Of a DNA stretch of 64,000 nucleotides, positions 49,255 through 59,996 are shown piece after piece; within the stretch, counting starts at the first letter, position 1; each line of letters starts with the position of its first letter. The translations under genes were made by a program, and so were the position numbers. Source of the DNA: an uncultured Bacteroidaceae bacterium (GTDB lineage: Bacteria > Bacteroidota > Bacteroidia > Bacteroidales > Bacteroidaceae); contig CAJOJA010000004.1 of NCBI GenBank assembly GCA_905234735.1, positions 105,022-169,021 on the forward strand, given 5' to 3'. Under the pieces are notes generated by a model. That model was given only the letters and a program-made list of their open reading frames with translations. It was not told the DNA's origin and made no database searches.

Positions 49255-51804
49255 ATGCGAAGATATATTCTCGTGTTGGCATTCATGATGATGGGTGCCG
49301 TTTGTGCTTACGGTCAGTCGATGACTGACGAGCAAGTGATTCAATTCGTTCAGAAGGAGCAGGCCGCGGGCCAGAACCAGCAGAGCATTGTGCAGAAACT
49401 GTTGAAGAAGGGCGTCACCGTGGAGCAGTTGCGCCGCATCCGCAAGAAGGTGGAGGCCGAGCAGAAACAGATGGGTGCTGTGGACCTGACCGGCAAGAAT
49501 GCGAACAATACGGCCAACCGCGTTCGTACCAACAAGGAGAAGGCCGAGGACCTGTATCGCCAGAAGCAGGGCTACATGGTGCGTTCGCAGCGCGAAGTCG
49601 ACGAGAAAGACTACCTGACACGTCGCGAACAGAACAGCGAGCTGAACGACGAGATAGGTTTCATGGACATCGACTCGCTCCTGTACTACCAAAATATGTT
49701 AGGTCGCGAGGACGAGGTCCAAGTCTTCGGGCGCAACATCTTCAACAACAAGTTCCTGACCTTCGAGCCCAACCAGAACATGGCCACACCGGCCAACTAC
49801 CGTCTGGGAGCCGGCGACAATGTCATCATCGACGTGTGGGGAGCCAGTCAGGAAACGTTCGAGGGCACCGTATCGCCCGACGGATATATCGTCATCGAGG
49901 GCGTGGGGCCCATTAAGTTGGGCGGCCTCAGTGTCGGTCAGGCTACCAATCTGGTACGGAACACCCTTGGACGCTACTACGGCGATTGTAAGATAAACCT
50001 GGCTGTGGGCGAGACCCGCAGCATCCAGGTGCAGGTCATTGGTGAGGTACGTATGCCCGGCACGTACACCCTCTCCAGTCTGTCCAGTGCCTTCAATGCC
50101 TTGTATGCCGCCGGCGGAATCAGCGACATTGGTACGCTGCGTAACATCAAGGTCTACCGCAGCGGACGGCAGATAGCCACCATCGACGTCTATGACTACC
50201 TGCTGAACGGTAATGTGAAGGGCGATGTCCGCCTGCAGGACAACGACGTCATCTCGGTGGACCCCTACGACTGCCTGGTGAATGTGCGAGGTAAGGTGAA
50301 GCGTCCTATGTTCTATGAAATGAAATCGACGGAGAGCGTCATGCAGGTCATCCGCAACGCAGGCGGCTTTGCAGGCGATGCCTTCACGAAGAATGTCCGC
50401 CTGACCCGTAAGGCAGGCAGTGAGTACAGCATGCACACGGTGGATGAGTTCAAGATGTCCTCCTTCATGCTGAAGGACGGCGACAGCATCTACGTCGACT
50501 CCGTTCTGGCCCGTTTCAGCAACATGGTAGAGGTGCGTGGTGCCGTACGCCATGCCGGCCAGTTTGAGCTGGGCAACGACGTGCAGACCGTGGGCGGACT
50601 GTTGAAGGCTGCCGACGGGTTGCGCGAGGACGCTTTCCAGAATCGTGCCGTCATGCACCGCGAGAAGGAAGACCTGACGCTGGAGATGCTGAGTGTGGAC
50701 ATTGAGGGCATCCTCAAGGGAACCACGCCCGATGTGCCCCTGCGCCGCGGCGACGTGCTCTTTGTCCCCAGCACCGTCGATATGAAGGGCGAACAGACGC
50801 TGACCATCCGCGGCGAAGTGCTTTACCCCGGCGACTACCAGTATGCCGAGAACACCACTGTTGAGGACCTCGTTCTCATGGCCGGTGGCCTGACACCTGC
50901 GGCTTCGATGGCCAAAATCGACGTCTTTCGTCGCATCTCCGATGCAGCGGCTGTGGAGAGCACAGATGCCAGTACCGAAGTCTATTCCATGAGTTTGAAC
51001 GACGGTTTCCGTTCCGGCGAAGGTGATTTCACACTTCAGCCCTACGATATCATCGTTGTCCGTAAGAGTCCGGCCTACAGCGTGCAACAGACCGTTCGCG
51101 TGGAGGGCTGCATCAACTTCGAAGGCGACTATGCCATGAGCACCAAGAACTATCGCTTATCAGACTTGGTGAAAGATGCCGGCGGCCTGACCAAACTGGC
51201 CCATGCCCGAGGTGCCCGCCTGACCCGAAAGATGACTGAGGAAGAGAAACTGCAGCGCGAGAACTCCTTGCGTGCAGCACAGATACAGACCTACGAGGAA
51301 GCCATGCAGAGCGACAAACTGTACAACATGGCACAGGCCGACTCGCTGATGGCGCTGAAACTGGACATGGGTGACACCTATCCCATGAGCATCAACCTGG
51401 AGGAGGCCATCAAGAACCCCGGCGGTACGTCGGACATCGTCATGCGCGAGGGCGACCTGCTCGTCATTCCCCAGTTCTCCAACACCGTCAAGCTGAGCGG
51501 CGAGGTCGTATACCCCGTATCTATGGGCTATGCCAAGGGTAAGAAACTCAGCTACTACATCAAGCGAGCCGGCGGCTATAGCAACCGTGCAAAGAAGAAG
51601 GGCGTCTATGCCATCTACATGAACGGATCGGCCGAGAAGTTAAACCGTCGCTCAAGCAAGGACATCGAACCTGGCTGCGAAATCGTGGTACCCTCGAAGA
51701 AGCAGGGTAAACGAATGACAACGGGCGAGGTGATGGCCATCGCCAGCGGTGGCGCATCGTTGGCCAGCGTGGTAGTAGCATTGATTAGTATTTTGAAGAA
51801 ATAA
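49255..51804 (+). CDS. polysaccharide export outer-membrane protein (long Wza-like, multiple SLBB repeats)
   Basis: Signal peptide MRRYILVLAFMMMGAVCAYGQ. Repeated ...GAV..PG.Y.l.....l.dll..AGG... modules. C-terminal TM helix. Confidence 0.75.
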   Translation: MRRYILVLAFMMMGAVCAYGQSMTDEQVIQFVQKEQAAGQNQQSIVQKLLKKGVTVEQLRRIRKKVEAEQKQMGAVDLTGKNANNTANRVRTNKEKAEDLYRQKQGYMVRSQREVDEKDYLTRREQNSELNDEIGFMDIDSLLYYQNMLGREDEVQVFGRNIFNNKFLTFEPNQNMATPANYRLGAGDNVIIDVWGASQETFEGTVSPDGYIVIEGVGPIKLGGLSVGQATNLVRNTLGRYYGDCKINLAVGETRSIQVQVIGEVRMPGTYTLSSLSSAFNALYAAGGISDIGTLRNIKVYRSGRQIATIDVYDYLLNGNVKGDVRLQDNDVISVDPYDCLVNVRGKVKRPMFYEMKSTESVMQVIRNAGGFAGDAFTKNVRLTRKAGSEYSMHTVDEFKMSSFMLKDGDSIYVDSVLARFSNMVEVRGAVRHAGQFELGNDVQTVGGLLKAADGLREDAFQNRAVMHREKEDLTLEMLSVDIEGILKGTTPDVPLRRGDVLFVPSTVDMKGEQTLTIRGEVLYPGDYQYAENTTVEDLVLMAGGLTPAASMAKIDVFRRISDAAAVESTDASTEVYSMSLNDGFRSGEGDFTLQPYDIIVVRKSPAYSVQQTVRVEGCINFEGDYAMSTKNYRLSDLVKDAGGLTKLAHARGARLTRKMTEEEKLQRENSLRAAQIQTYEEAMQSDKLYNMAQADSLMALKLDMGDTYPMSINLEEAIKNPGGTSDIVMREGDLLVIPQFSNTVKLSGEVVYPVSMGYAKGKKLSYYIKRAGGYSNRAKKKGVYAIYMNGSAEKLNRRSSKDIEPGCEIVVPSKKQGKRMTTGEVMAIASGGASLASVVVALISILKK

Positions 51805-51822
51805 TAGGAAAAGTGGCAAATC

Positions 51823-52863
51823 ATGGAACAGCAGATTATAGACGTAAAGAAGGTCGCTCGTACCGTATGGGTTAAGAGAAAACTCTTTGTAAAGGTTTGG
51901 GCTTGTACTTTCGTCCTGGCATGTATCTGGATTCTTCCCCAGCCTCGTTTCTACGATTGCGAAGTGAAATTGGCCCCAGAGATGTCGGGGGAGGATGTTG
52001 GCGGACTCTCCTCGATAGCCTCCTCATTTGGCTTCAATATTGGAGGTATTGGCGGGCAGGATGCCATCTATCCTGAACTCTATCCCGACCTGTTTGAAAG
52101 CCCTGAGTTCATCGTAGGACTTTTCGGCATTGAGGTATCAACTCGCAAGGGAGACCTTACAACGAACTACTTCAAGTACATGAAGTACCACCAGAAGCAG
52201 AATTTTCTGATCTTGCCCTTCTATAGGGCTCGGAAGGCCATCAAGGAATATTTTGAAGGGGAGGATGAAGTTCCGCAGGGAGTTGGAAAGGGCGATATCA
52301 GTCCCTTCCTGATGAACAAGAAGGATTTCGAACTTATGAAGGTTGTGATGGACAATATCGGTTGTGCAGTGGACCGTAAGACCAGTGTCATAACTATCAG
52401 CGTGAAGGACCAGGATCCCCTAATCTGTGCTACGATGGCCGACAGCGTAAAAATGCACCTGCAGGACTTCATCATCCGTTATCGCACCAGCAAGATTACC
52501 GAGGATTTGGCACACTATCAGCAGATGCGTGACAGTGCTGAGCATGAATACGACCTTGCAATGGCAGCCTACAGTCGCTACTGCGATGCCCATAAAAACG
52601 TTATTATGCAGAGTTATCAGGGGGAGCGCGACAAGTTGGAGGCCGATTTAGCACTCAAGCAAAATGCGCTCACCGCTATGGAGACTCAGTTGCAGGCCAC
52701 AAAGGTGAAGTTGCAACAGAAGACACCAGCATTCACTACTCTGAAGAGTGCTATCGTTCCAGTAAAGCCTGCAGGCCCGAAGCGTATGCTCTTTGTCGCC
52801 GGTATGATGATATTGGCCACGCTTGCCACATCTGGCTACATCTTACGTAAAGAATCGAATTAA
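51823..52863 (+). CDS. chain-length determinant (Wzz-like) protein
   Basis: N- and C-terminal TM helices flank a coiled-coil periplasmic region. It occupies the expected position after the exporter. Confidence 0.65.
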   Translation: MEQQIIDVKKVARTVWVKRKLFVKVWACTFVLACIWILPQPRFYDCEVKLAPEMSGEDVGGLSSIASSFGFNIGGIGGQDAIYPELYPDLFESPEFIVGLFGIEVSTRKGDLTTNYFKYMKYHQKQNFLILPFYRARKAIKEYFEGEDEVPQGVGKGDISPFLMNKKDFELMKVVMDNIGCAVDRKTSVITISVKDQDPLICATMADSVKMHLQDFIIRYRTSKITEDLAHYQQMRDSAEHEYDLAMAAYSRYCDAHKNVIMQSYQGERDKLEADLALKQNALTAMETQLQATKVKLQQKTPAFTTLKSAIVPVKPAGPKRMLFVAGMMILATLATSGYILRKESN

Positions 52864-52874
52864 TATGTTCCTGA

Positions 52875-54194
52875 GTGAAAGGCGCGGATATCTCTGAAAA
52901 GAAGAAAAGAGCCCTGACCAACATTGCGTGGGCCATCAGCGGCAAGATAGTCAGCCTGACTAGTGTTCTTGTCGTGGGCATCATTGTAGCGAGATACCTG
53001 GGCAAGGAACAATACGGCATCATGAATTATGTGGTCAGCTTTGTGGCCATCTTCCAAGTGTTTGCCGATTTCGGGCTCGATTTCATACAGATACGCGAGG
53101 AGTCGAAGGACCTGACCCAGAGGGACCGCATTGTTGGCACAACGTTTGCCTTGAAACTCTTCTTTGCCCTGCTGACCATTGTTGCTATTCTAATCACGAT
53201 AGTACTATTTGAGCCGGATTACAGTGTGCGAACATACATCATGATTTATGCATTGTCGGTTATACTGAACACGACATGGGTCTCCAGAAACCATTTCACG
53301 GCGATTGTCTGGAACGAGTATGTGGTGAAGACAGAAATTTCCCGTACGCTGATAGGCGTAGCCATCAAGGTGGTTTTAGTCTTATTCCATCTCCCGCTTG
53401 TCTGGTTTATTTGTTCCCTGCTTCTCGATTCTCTGCTCTTAGCCGTGGGCTATACCACATCGTATGCCCACAAGGTAGACTCTATCCGAAAATGGAGGTT
53501 CGACGGCGTTCTGGCCGCCTATATGATCCGGCAGTCGTTCCCCCTCCTTTTGTCAGGGGCTGCAATCATTGTCTACAATCGTATCGACCAGATGATGATA
53601 GGTAAAATGATAGACCAGAGCCACCTTGGCGTTTATTCCGTAGCCGTCAGGTTCGCGGAATTGCTGGTCTTTGTGCCCACCATCATCTCACAAACCATCA
53701 GTCCAATGTTGGTAGAGGCCCGGCAGGGTAGTGTGGAGCACTATGAGGAACTATCATGCCGTTTCATGAATATCACGGTGTCTGCATGCATTTTGCTGGC
53801 CCTCTTAACAAGTCTCCTATCCTATCCCTTGGTCTATTTCACCTTCGGACAGATGTATATCGGGGCTGCTTCCGTGCTTTCCATCCTGGCATTTAAGGTA
53901 ATTGGAGATGCCCTTTCGCAGACCTCCGGCCAGTTGATAATAATTGAGGGCATCCAAAAATATGCCTCTATAAGAAACGTGATAGGCTGCGTGACTTGCA
54001 TCGTGCTCAATTTGATTTTTATTCGGCACTATGGCATTCATGGAGCTGCCTACGTAGCCATTATTACCATCTTTGTCTCAGGTACGGTGGCCGATTTTTT
54101 AATTCCGTCTTACCGACGTATCTTCTACAAACAAGTGAAGGCTATCTGCTTCGGTTGGATGGACATTGTACACATTAAATCACTACTCCGATGA
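52875..54194 (+). CDS. oligosaccharide flippase (Wzx / MOP family)
   Basis: GTG start, about 12 TM helices, N-terminal ...NIAWAISGKIVSL.... Confidence 0.7.
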   Translation: MKGADISEKKKRALTNIAWAISGKIVSLTSVLVVGIIVARYLGKEQYGIMNYVVSFVAIFQVFADFGLDFIQIREESKDLTQRDRIVGTTFALKLFFALLTIVAILITIVLFEPDYSVRTYIMIYALSVILNTTWVSRNHFTAIVWNEYVVKTEISRTLIGVAIKVVLVLFHLPLVWFICSLLLDSLLLAVGYTTSYAHKVDSIRKWRFDGVLAAYMIRQSFPLLLSGAAIIVYNRIDQMMIGKMIDQSHLGVYSVAVRFAELLVFVPTIISQTISPMLVEARQGSVEHYEELSCRFMNITVSACILLALLTSLLSYPLVYFTFGQMYIGAASVLSILAFKVIGDALSQTSGQLIIIEGIQKYASIRNVIGCVTCIVLNLIFIRHYGIHGAAYVAIITIFVSGTVADFLIPSYRRIFYKQVKAICFGWMDIVHIKSLLR

Positions 54195-55186
54195 AAATCT
54201 CACACATATACAAGGGATTTAAGGCCCGATTGCCTCTTTCCATACAGTTCTTGATGGAGGTCCTTGCTTACTGGAGACGGCTATGCCGATACAATGCTTC
54301 CATGGCCACAGACCGTGATAGGCAGAAAATGCAGTATACCCTGTTGCGCGAGAACCATATCATCGAGAAAGGAATGTCTATGCGTCAGACGCGTCGTGGA
54401 TTTGGCCAGGCAAAGGTGGCGGCACTGATAGAGCGGCTGCGACAGTATAATAGGAAGTATGGTTCTATGGACAATTCCTTTATGAATTATCCCTTGGCGA
54501 CGATAAAAGAATACATTGCATATCAGCATCGTGATAAGGTTGAGATTCCGGAAATTGAACGGAATTTCCATTTGTTGTGCGATGAGGCTGGTATTGCCTC
54601 GGACAACCTGAAACTGCCTGCCGGGATAGAATTGCAGAGGGCCGAGAACCTGCAAGAACTTGCCCGGGCAGACTTCTCCTCCCTGCTTAACAGCAGGCAC
54701 TCCATACGCTATTTCCAGGAGAAACTGCCTTCCAGAGAATTGCTGGAAGAGGCTTTGCAGCTGGCTTCCCGGACTCCTTCGGCCTGCAATCGTCAGGCAT
54801 GGCACACGCACATCTATTTCGGTGAGGATTCGCATGAACTTCTGCGTATGCAAGACGGTTGTAAGGGATTTTGCGACGATATTCATTGTTGCATAGTGGT
54901 GACGGCTGATATGAAGGGTTTCCTCGGACATGAGCCCTTCCAGTGCTATGTGGATGGTGGGCTCTATGCGCAGAATCTTATTAACGCCCTGCATTATGTG
55001 GGCTTGGGAACAATACCCCTGTCCTGTGGATTCATGAGCGACAAGTTACTTGCGATGCAACGGTGCTTCCATATTCCGGAAAATGAGGTCATGGTGGTCA
55101 TCATAGGTACAGGCGTAATGCCGGAAGAGATGAAAATAGCTATCTCTACTCGTCGGCCCGTCTCAACAACGAACACCTATCATTAA
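54191..55186 (+). CDS. nitroreductase-family protein embedded in the glycan locus
   Basis: ...RHSIRYFQEKLPSRELLEEALQLASRTPSACNRQAWHTHIY.... Confidence 0.65.
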   Translation: MKISHIYKGFKARLPLSIQFLMEVLAYWRRLCRYNASMATDRDRQKMQYTLLRENHIIEKGMSMRQTRRGFGQAKVAALIERLRQYNRKYGSMDNSFMNYPLATIKEYIAYQHRDKVEIPEIERNFHLLCDEAGIASDNLKLPAGIELQRAENLQELARADFSSLLNSRHSIRYFQEKLPSRELLEEALQLASRTPSACNRQAWHTHIYFGEDSHELLRMQDGCKGFCDDIHCCIVVTADMKGFLGHEPFQCYVDGGLYAQNLINALHYVGLGTIPLSCGFMSDKLLAMQRCFHIPENEVMVVIIGTGVMPEEMKIAISTRRPVSTTNTYH

Positions 55187-55201
55187 ACACCCATAGGTTA
55201 T

Positions 55202-56497
55202 ATGTACTTCATCCCGCTCCTATATTTTGCTGGTCTTACCTATTTCTTCTGGCAGAAGAACAAGACTTTCGACGTGGCAACGTACATGTCGTTGCTGTAC
55301 ACGATAACTTCGTTGTGCAGTGTGTTGATGATTATGGGAGGATATTTAAATACTCAGGGTGGTGGAGTCTTGGTTGATGGATATGAACCTGATTTGGGTG
55401 TTATACCTACTTTCCTATATTGTGCCCTCATTACTGTTACCATTCTTCCGTTCTCCTTTATCCGCCCGGAGAAGTTGGAGAGTATATCTAATGTCCATCG
55501 CTATCTTCTTTATGCCTTTACGTTTTTTATTCTTTTGCAGGGTGCCATCATGTTTTACCTTGTCGGAGGATCTATATCCGATTTGTTGCATGGCGACTTC
55601 AAATTCCTGAAGGACGCGCACTATGCGGGAGCTATCTCACCAGCCGATGCGAAGATGCTTACGATGCCAATACCGGTGCAATTGATGTTTATGTCCAGTT
55701 TTATGACCTTGTTGGGCATTCCTCTGTTCTTTTATTACTCCTGTGTAGAAAAACGGAGCCTGTGGCTTACGGTATCCTTGCTGGCCATATCCATTAGTCC
55801 AATATTGAAGGGCATTTTGATGGCTGATCGCACGGAAATTATTCACTATGCACTGATGTTCCTTTTCTCCTTGGTTTTCTTTCAGAAGTTCATAACTCGT
55901 AAGGTGCGTAACTTTTTCCTTTTAATCAGTCTGCCTGTTTTGGCTGTGGGGATTACATACGTCGTTGCCGTATCTACTTCCCGATTCGAGAACGAGGAGG
56001 AGGGAGCTGGTGGCAGTATGTTGGAATATGCGGGCCAGTCGTATGTCAATTTCTGTTACTTCTACGATAACCACAACCGTGAACTCTACTATGCAGAGCG
56101 GGAGTTTCCGATAATTTCCTATTTCGTATTTAAAAACCAATATGCTGACACGAAGGAAGAACGAACTGCCAAAGAGGGCTTTTTCATTGGTGTCTTTGCA
56201 TCGCATATCGGTTCGTGGATGCTTGACTTAGGGGTGATGGGGGCTGTCCTTATCAGCATCTTGTTTGCCTTGTTATGTTGTCTGGTTATTGGGAGATACA
56301 ACCGAACGACCTTTGACGTGGCCGACGTCTTGATGCTGTTTGCATTGGGTGATGTACCTACGTTCGGCATATTTTACTACAGATACTATTCCATCGCGAC
56401 GGCATTTGTTTATGTTGCTGCCATTGTGCTATATGTATGCTCCAGATTTATCATTGTTTGGAAAAAAGACGAACCCCAAGAAACTGAATGCGCATGA
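55202..56497 (+). CDS. O-antigen/capsule repeat-unit polymerase (Wzy-like)
   Basis: 431 aa, polytopic, AT-rich, located between the flippase and the transferases. Confidence 0.55.
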   Translation: MYFIPLLYFAGLTYFFWQKNKTFDVATYMSLLYTITSLCSVLMIMGGYLNTQGGGVLVDGYEPDLGVIPTFLYCALITVTILPFSFIRPEKLESISNVHRYLLYAFTFFILLQGAIMFYLVGGSISDLLHGDFKFLKDAHYAGAISPADAKMLTMPIPVQLMFMSSFMTLLGIPLFFYYSCVEKRSLWLTVSLLAISISPILKGILMADRTEIIHYALMFLFSLVFFQKFITRKVRNFFLLISLPVLAVGITYVVAVSTSRFENEEEGAGGSMLEYAGQSYVNFCYFYDNHNRELYYAEREFPIISYFVFKNQYADTKEERTAKEGFFIGVFASHIGSWMLDLGVMGAVLISILFALLCCLVIGRYNRTTFDVADVLMLFALGDVPTFGIFYYRYYSIATAFVYVAAIVLYVCSRFIIVWKKDEPQETECA

Positions 56498-57675
56498 AAT
56501 ACTACTTTCCTATTCATCTCGACGGTGGCAATCGCGGATGTGAAGCTATTGCAAAGGGCTCTGCCATACTTCTCGGTGAACAGCCCCAGCAGCTTTTTGG
56601 TTACTGCCGTGATACTGAGTTAGATACCCGGCTGGGATTGGCAGAATACTTGACACTGATTCCGTGTCGGCGCGAATCCTATCTTGTTGACCGCTTTCTG
56701 GCTGTCATAAACAAAATCTTCCATACGAATAAGACCTTAGAATGGAGGTTGCTTTACCCCTACAGAAGTTTTCTGCGTCTGATAACCCCGGATGACCTTG
56801 TCATTTCTACGGGTGGCGATATGCTATGCTACGATCGGAATAACAATCATGTCGTCTATACCAATAACCAGCTCCATAAACGAGGGGTGAAGACCATACT
56901 ATGGGGGTGTTCCATGGGACCAGAAAACCAATCGAAAGAGAAGTTGGAAACACTGTTTCGTTTTTCCTACATCTATACCCGTGAGTCGCTGACATACGAC
57001 TACTTTAAATCGTTGGGCTTGAAGAATCTGTGCCTCCTTCCTGACCCTGCATTCATTCTGGAACCGCAATCGTGTCAGCTGCCTGAATACTTTTCGGCTG
57101 AAAATGTTGTTGGACTGAATATTAGTAACTATGTGATGGGAGGTATGTCTTTGCATGGCTCATTCGGGCAGGAAGTGCTCGACCTTATTTCCCACATATT
57201 GCTGCAGACGACCAGTCAGATAGTGCTAGTTCCCCATGTGACATGGAATGATGGGGTAGTGAACCAAGACGACCGTCAGATGGCTCGCATCATCAGCGAA
57301 CACTTCAATAAGCCGGAAAGGTTGCACATACTTGATATTGACCAGCTTAATTACTGTCAGATACGTTATGCCATTTCCAAGTGCAGGCTATTCATTGGCG
57401 CACGAACTCACGCCGTAATTTCTGCATACTCGATGTGTGTGCCAACCATAGCATTGGGTTACTCCATTAAGTCGAGAGGAATAGCCAAGGATTTGGGGCT
57501 CGACCAACAATTGGTTGTAGATAGTAAGAACTGTGTTAAGGGCACGTTGCTCCGTTCTTTCTCCTATCTCGTAGCTAACCAAGATGCAATACGTGAACAC
57601 CTGAATCATATTATGCCAGCCTATAAGCAGCGAACTTACCAAATACGAGAACACCTGGTACAATTCAAAAAATAA
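56494..57675 (+). CDS. polysaccharide pyruvyl transferase family protein
   Basis: ...ISTGGDMLCYD...CRLFIGARTHAVISAYSMCVPTIALGYSIKSRGIAKDLG. ATGA overlap with the Wzy stop. Confidence 0.7.
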   Translation: MKYYFPIHLDGGNRGCEAIAKGSAILLGEQPQQLFGYCRDTELDTRLGLAEYLTLIPCRRESYLVDRFLAVINKIFHTNKTLEWRLLYPYRSFLRLITPDDLVISTGGDMLCYDRNNNHVVYTNNQLHKRGVKTILWGCSMGPENQSKEKLETLFRFSYIYTRESLTYDYFKSLGLKNLCLLPDPAFILEPQSCQLPEYFSAENVVGLNISNYVMGGMSLHGSFGQEVLDLISHILLQTTSQIVLVPHVTWNDGVVNQDDRQMARIISEHFNKPERLHILDIDQLNYCQIRYAISKCRLFIGARTHAVISAYSMCVPTIALGYSIKSRGIAKDLGLDQQLVVDSKNCVKGTLLRSFSYLVANQDAIREHLNHIMPAYKQRTYQIREHLVQFKK

Positions 57676-57680
57676 GGTTT

Positions 57681-58865
57681 ATGGATATACACAATAATCA
57701 GACTGCCGCGCACCGTGCGAGAGTCATTGCCCTATATTTACCCCAGTTTCACCCCATCCCCGAAAATGATAAATGGTGGGGGCCGGGTTTCACCGAATGG
57801 ATGAATGTGGTAAAGGCCAGGCCTTTGTTTCGAGGGCATGTACAGCCGAAATTGCCAGCGGATTTGGGTTTCTACGATTTGCGTTTACCTGAAACCCGGG
57901 AAGCTCAGGCCCAACTGGCCCGAGATGCTGGAATAGAAGGCTTTTGCTACTACCATTATTGGTTCGGAGGACGTAGATTGTTGGAGCTCCCCTTCAGTGA
58001 AGTGCTTGAAAGCGGCCGGCCCGATTTCCCTTTCTGCTTGTGTTGGGCAAATCATTCTTGGAGTAATAAAACATGGAACCGAAGGTCTAACCTTCAGGCC
58101 AACTCGATGTTGATGGAGCAGATATATCCGGGTGTAGAGGATGATACGTCTCATTTCCTATCCCTCTTGACTGCTTTCAAGGACCAGAGATACATTAAGG
58201 TGGATGGGAAACCTCTGTTCTTCTTGTATGACCCTTGGGGACATTCCCATGTTCGGGAATGGATAGCTAACTGGCGTGAACTCGCGAAGGCACACGGCTT
58301 GCCAGGTTTGTATCTTGTAGGTATGTGCGACTCTACATTGACCATCAAAGTGAATGAAGATGGGACTCGTACTCGAACTTTGCCTAATCTGGAGAGCAGT
58401 GCAGAATTATTCCAGTCTGTACTTGACATGGGTTTCGATGCAGTGAATTCTTTTGGTCGACGCAGGGGGGAGATGTTGAGTAAAGGAAAGTATTGGGACA
58501 TGTTGAAGACCATTCTTCGAAAAGTTGGATTACCTATTGGGAGCTATTACAGTTACGAAGAGACGGTGAAAGGTTTCTTCGCTCCAGAAGACAAGTGGGA
58601 GAATGTCTTCCCCACGATTATGCCCAATTGGGATCGTAGCCCCCGAGCTGCTTTGCAGGATGGAATATATGTAGGAGCCACTCCTGAGGCCTTTGGGAGA
58701 CATATAAGAAAAGCCCTTGACATAATAAAGGGAAAGTCGCCCGAGCATCAACTCCTGATATTGAAGTCGTGGAACGAATGGGGCGAGGGCAATTATGTAG
58801 AACCAGATCAAGAGTATGGTCATGGGTGGCTTGATGCCATTCGTAAGGCATTGATGAATGAATAA
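57681..58865 (+). CDS. WbsX-like / GH99-like domain glycosyltransferase
   Basis: RVIALYLPQFHPIPENDKWWGPGFTEWMNV...KSWNEWGEGNYVEPD. Confidence 0.7.
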   Translation: MDIHNNQTAAHRARVIALYLPQFHPIPENDKWWGPGFTEWMNVVKARPLFRGHVQPKLPADLGFYDLRLPETREAQAQLARDAGIEGFCYYHYWFGGRRLLELPFSEVLESGRPDFPFCLCWANHSWSNKTWNRRSNLQANSMLMEQIYPGVEDDTSHFLSLLTAFKDQRYIKVDGKPLFFLYDPWGHSHVREWIANWRELAKAHGLPGLYLVGMCDSTLTIKVNEDGTRTRTLPNLESSAELFQSVLDMGFDAVNSFGRRRGEMLSKGKYWDMLKTILRKVGLPIGSYYSYEETVKGFFAPEDKWENVFPTIMPNWDRSPRAALQDGIYVGATPEAFGRHIRKALDIIKGKSPEHQLLILKSWNEWGEGNYVEPDQEYGHGWLDAIRKALMNE

Positions 58866-58877
58866 AAGGACATCGTG

Positions 58878-59990
58878 ATGAAGAAAGCTTTATTTGTTGT
58901 TTTTAAGAAATATAATAATAATAGTATCTTGGAGGGAGGAGGCATTGCTAACCAACGCAACCTCTCTATGGCGCAGCAGTTGCTTGGGGAGAGGAATGTA
59001 GATGTCGTGTATATCCACGATGAGGAGAAAAGACGTTCTTTATGGAATCTGTTGCTGTCCGTTCTATGCTTCCCTTTTGGCTATTTTAATGGTATCTTAC
59101 CCACTTGCGTGCGTAATATCGTTCGAAGAGCTCCGGCTTATGATTATGTCTTCTTGAGTTCAAGTCTCTTTGGCATCGTTGCACGTGAGCTGAAGAAAGC
59201 GGGTTATACGGGAACTATTGTTGCCCATTTCCACAATGTCGAGAGTATTTACTACGACAGCCTCCTCTCCCGGCGGTTGCCCTTTCGGCAGATTCCCATA
59301 CGTTGTGCGGCCCGTAACGATAAGTATTGCTGCCAGTATGCCGACAAGGTGCTGACGCTTAACCAACGTGACAGCGACATTTTACGCCAATTATATGGGC
59401 GGGGATGTGATGTTTTAGTCCCTATTGCATTGTCGGATAAATGTCGGGATATATCTTTTGACAAAGATGCCCGGACGGGTAAACGTCCCCTATGCCTTTT
59501 TCTTGGTAGTTATCTAACAGCCAACAATGAGGGCATATTATGGTTTGTGAAGAACGTGCTTCCGCACGTAGATGTGGATCTTAGAATTGTGGGGAAGGGG
59601 ATGGCGCGACTTCAGGAGGAAGAGGAGTGTCTACGGCAACTGGAGGTCGTGAGCGACGTCCCCGATCTAACCCCTTATCTTCTTGCTGCCGACTTAATGA
59701 TTCTACCGATATTCTCGGGAAGTGGTATGAAGGTGAAGACCTGTGAATCACTGATGTACGGAAAGAATATTTTGGGAACCGATGAAGCTTTCGAAGGCTA
59801 TTCACTTGATACCGAAAGGGTGGGCGCCTGTTGCAACACAGCTGACGAATTCATAGCTCACATCAGTCGACTGGCAGAACATCCCGTACCGAGGTTTAAT
59901 AGTTACTCCCGCATGATTTATGAGCAATACTATTCTGAAGCTTCATCCCTCGGATTTTTCCGAGAGGTGTTTGGTTTGCTAGAGGCATAG
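58878..59990 (+). CDS. glycosyltransferase (GT4-like)
   Basis: C-terminal ...PIFSGSGMKVKTCESLMYGKNILGT... GT-B motif. Confidence 0.6.
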   Translation: MKKALFVVFKKYNNNSILEGGGIANQRNLSMAQQLLGERNVDVVYIHDEEKRRSLWNLLLSVLCFPFGYFNGILPTCVRNIVRRAPAYDYVFLSSSLFGIVARELKKAGYTGTIVAHFHNVESIYYDSLLSRRLPFRQIPIRCAARNDKYCCQYADKVLTLNQRDSDILRQLYGRGCDVLVPIALSDKCRDISFDKDARTGKRPLCLFLGSYLTANNEGILWFVKNVLPHVDVDLRIVGKGMARLQEEEECLRQLEVVSDVPDLTPYLLAADLMILPIFSGSGMKVKTCESLMYGKNILGTDEAFEGYSLDTERVGACCNTADEFIAHISRLAEHPVPRFNSYSRMIYEQYYSEASSLGFFREVFGLLEA

Positions 59991-59996
59991 AACTCT

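Noticed and set aside
49699-51087. Long antisense ORFs opposite clear genes. Examples are 49699-51087 (-), 21629-22807 (-), 10043-11029 (+), 40798-41529 (-), 44585-45406 (-) and 2575-3552 (-).
   Set aside because: These are typical stop-poor shadow frames of GC-rich coding DNA. Their translations are Arg/Gly/His-rich with no motifs, and each fully overlaps a gene with strong family signatures.
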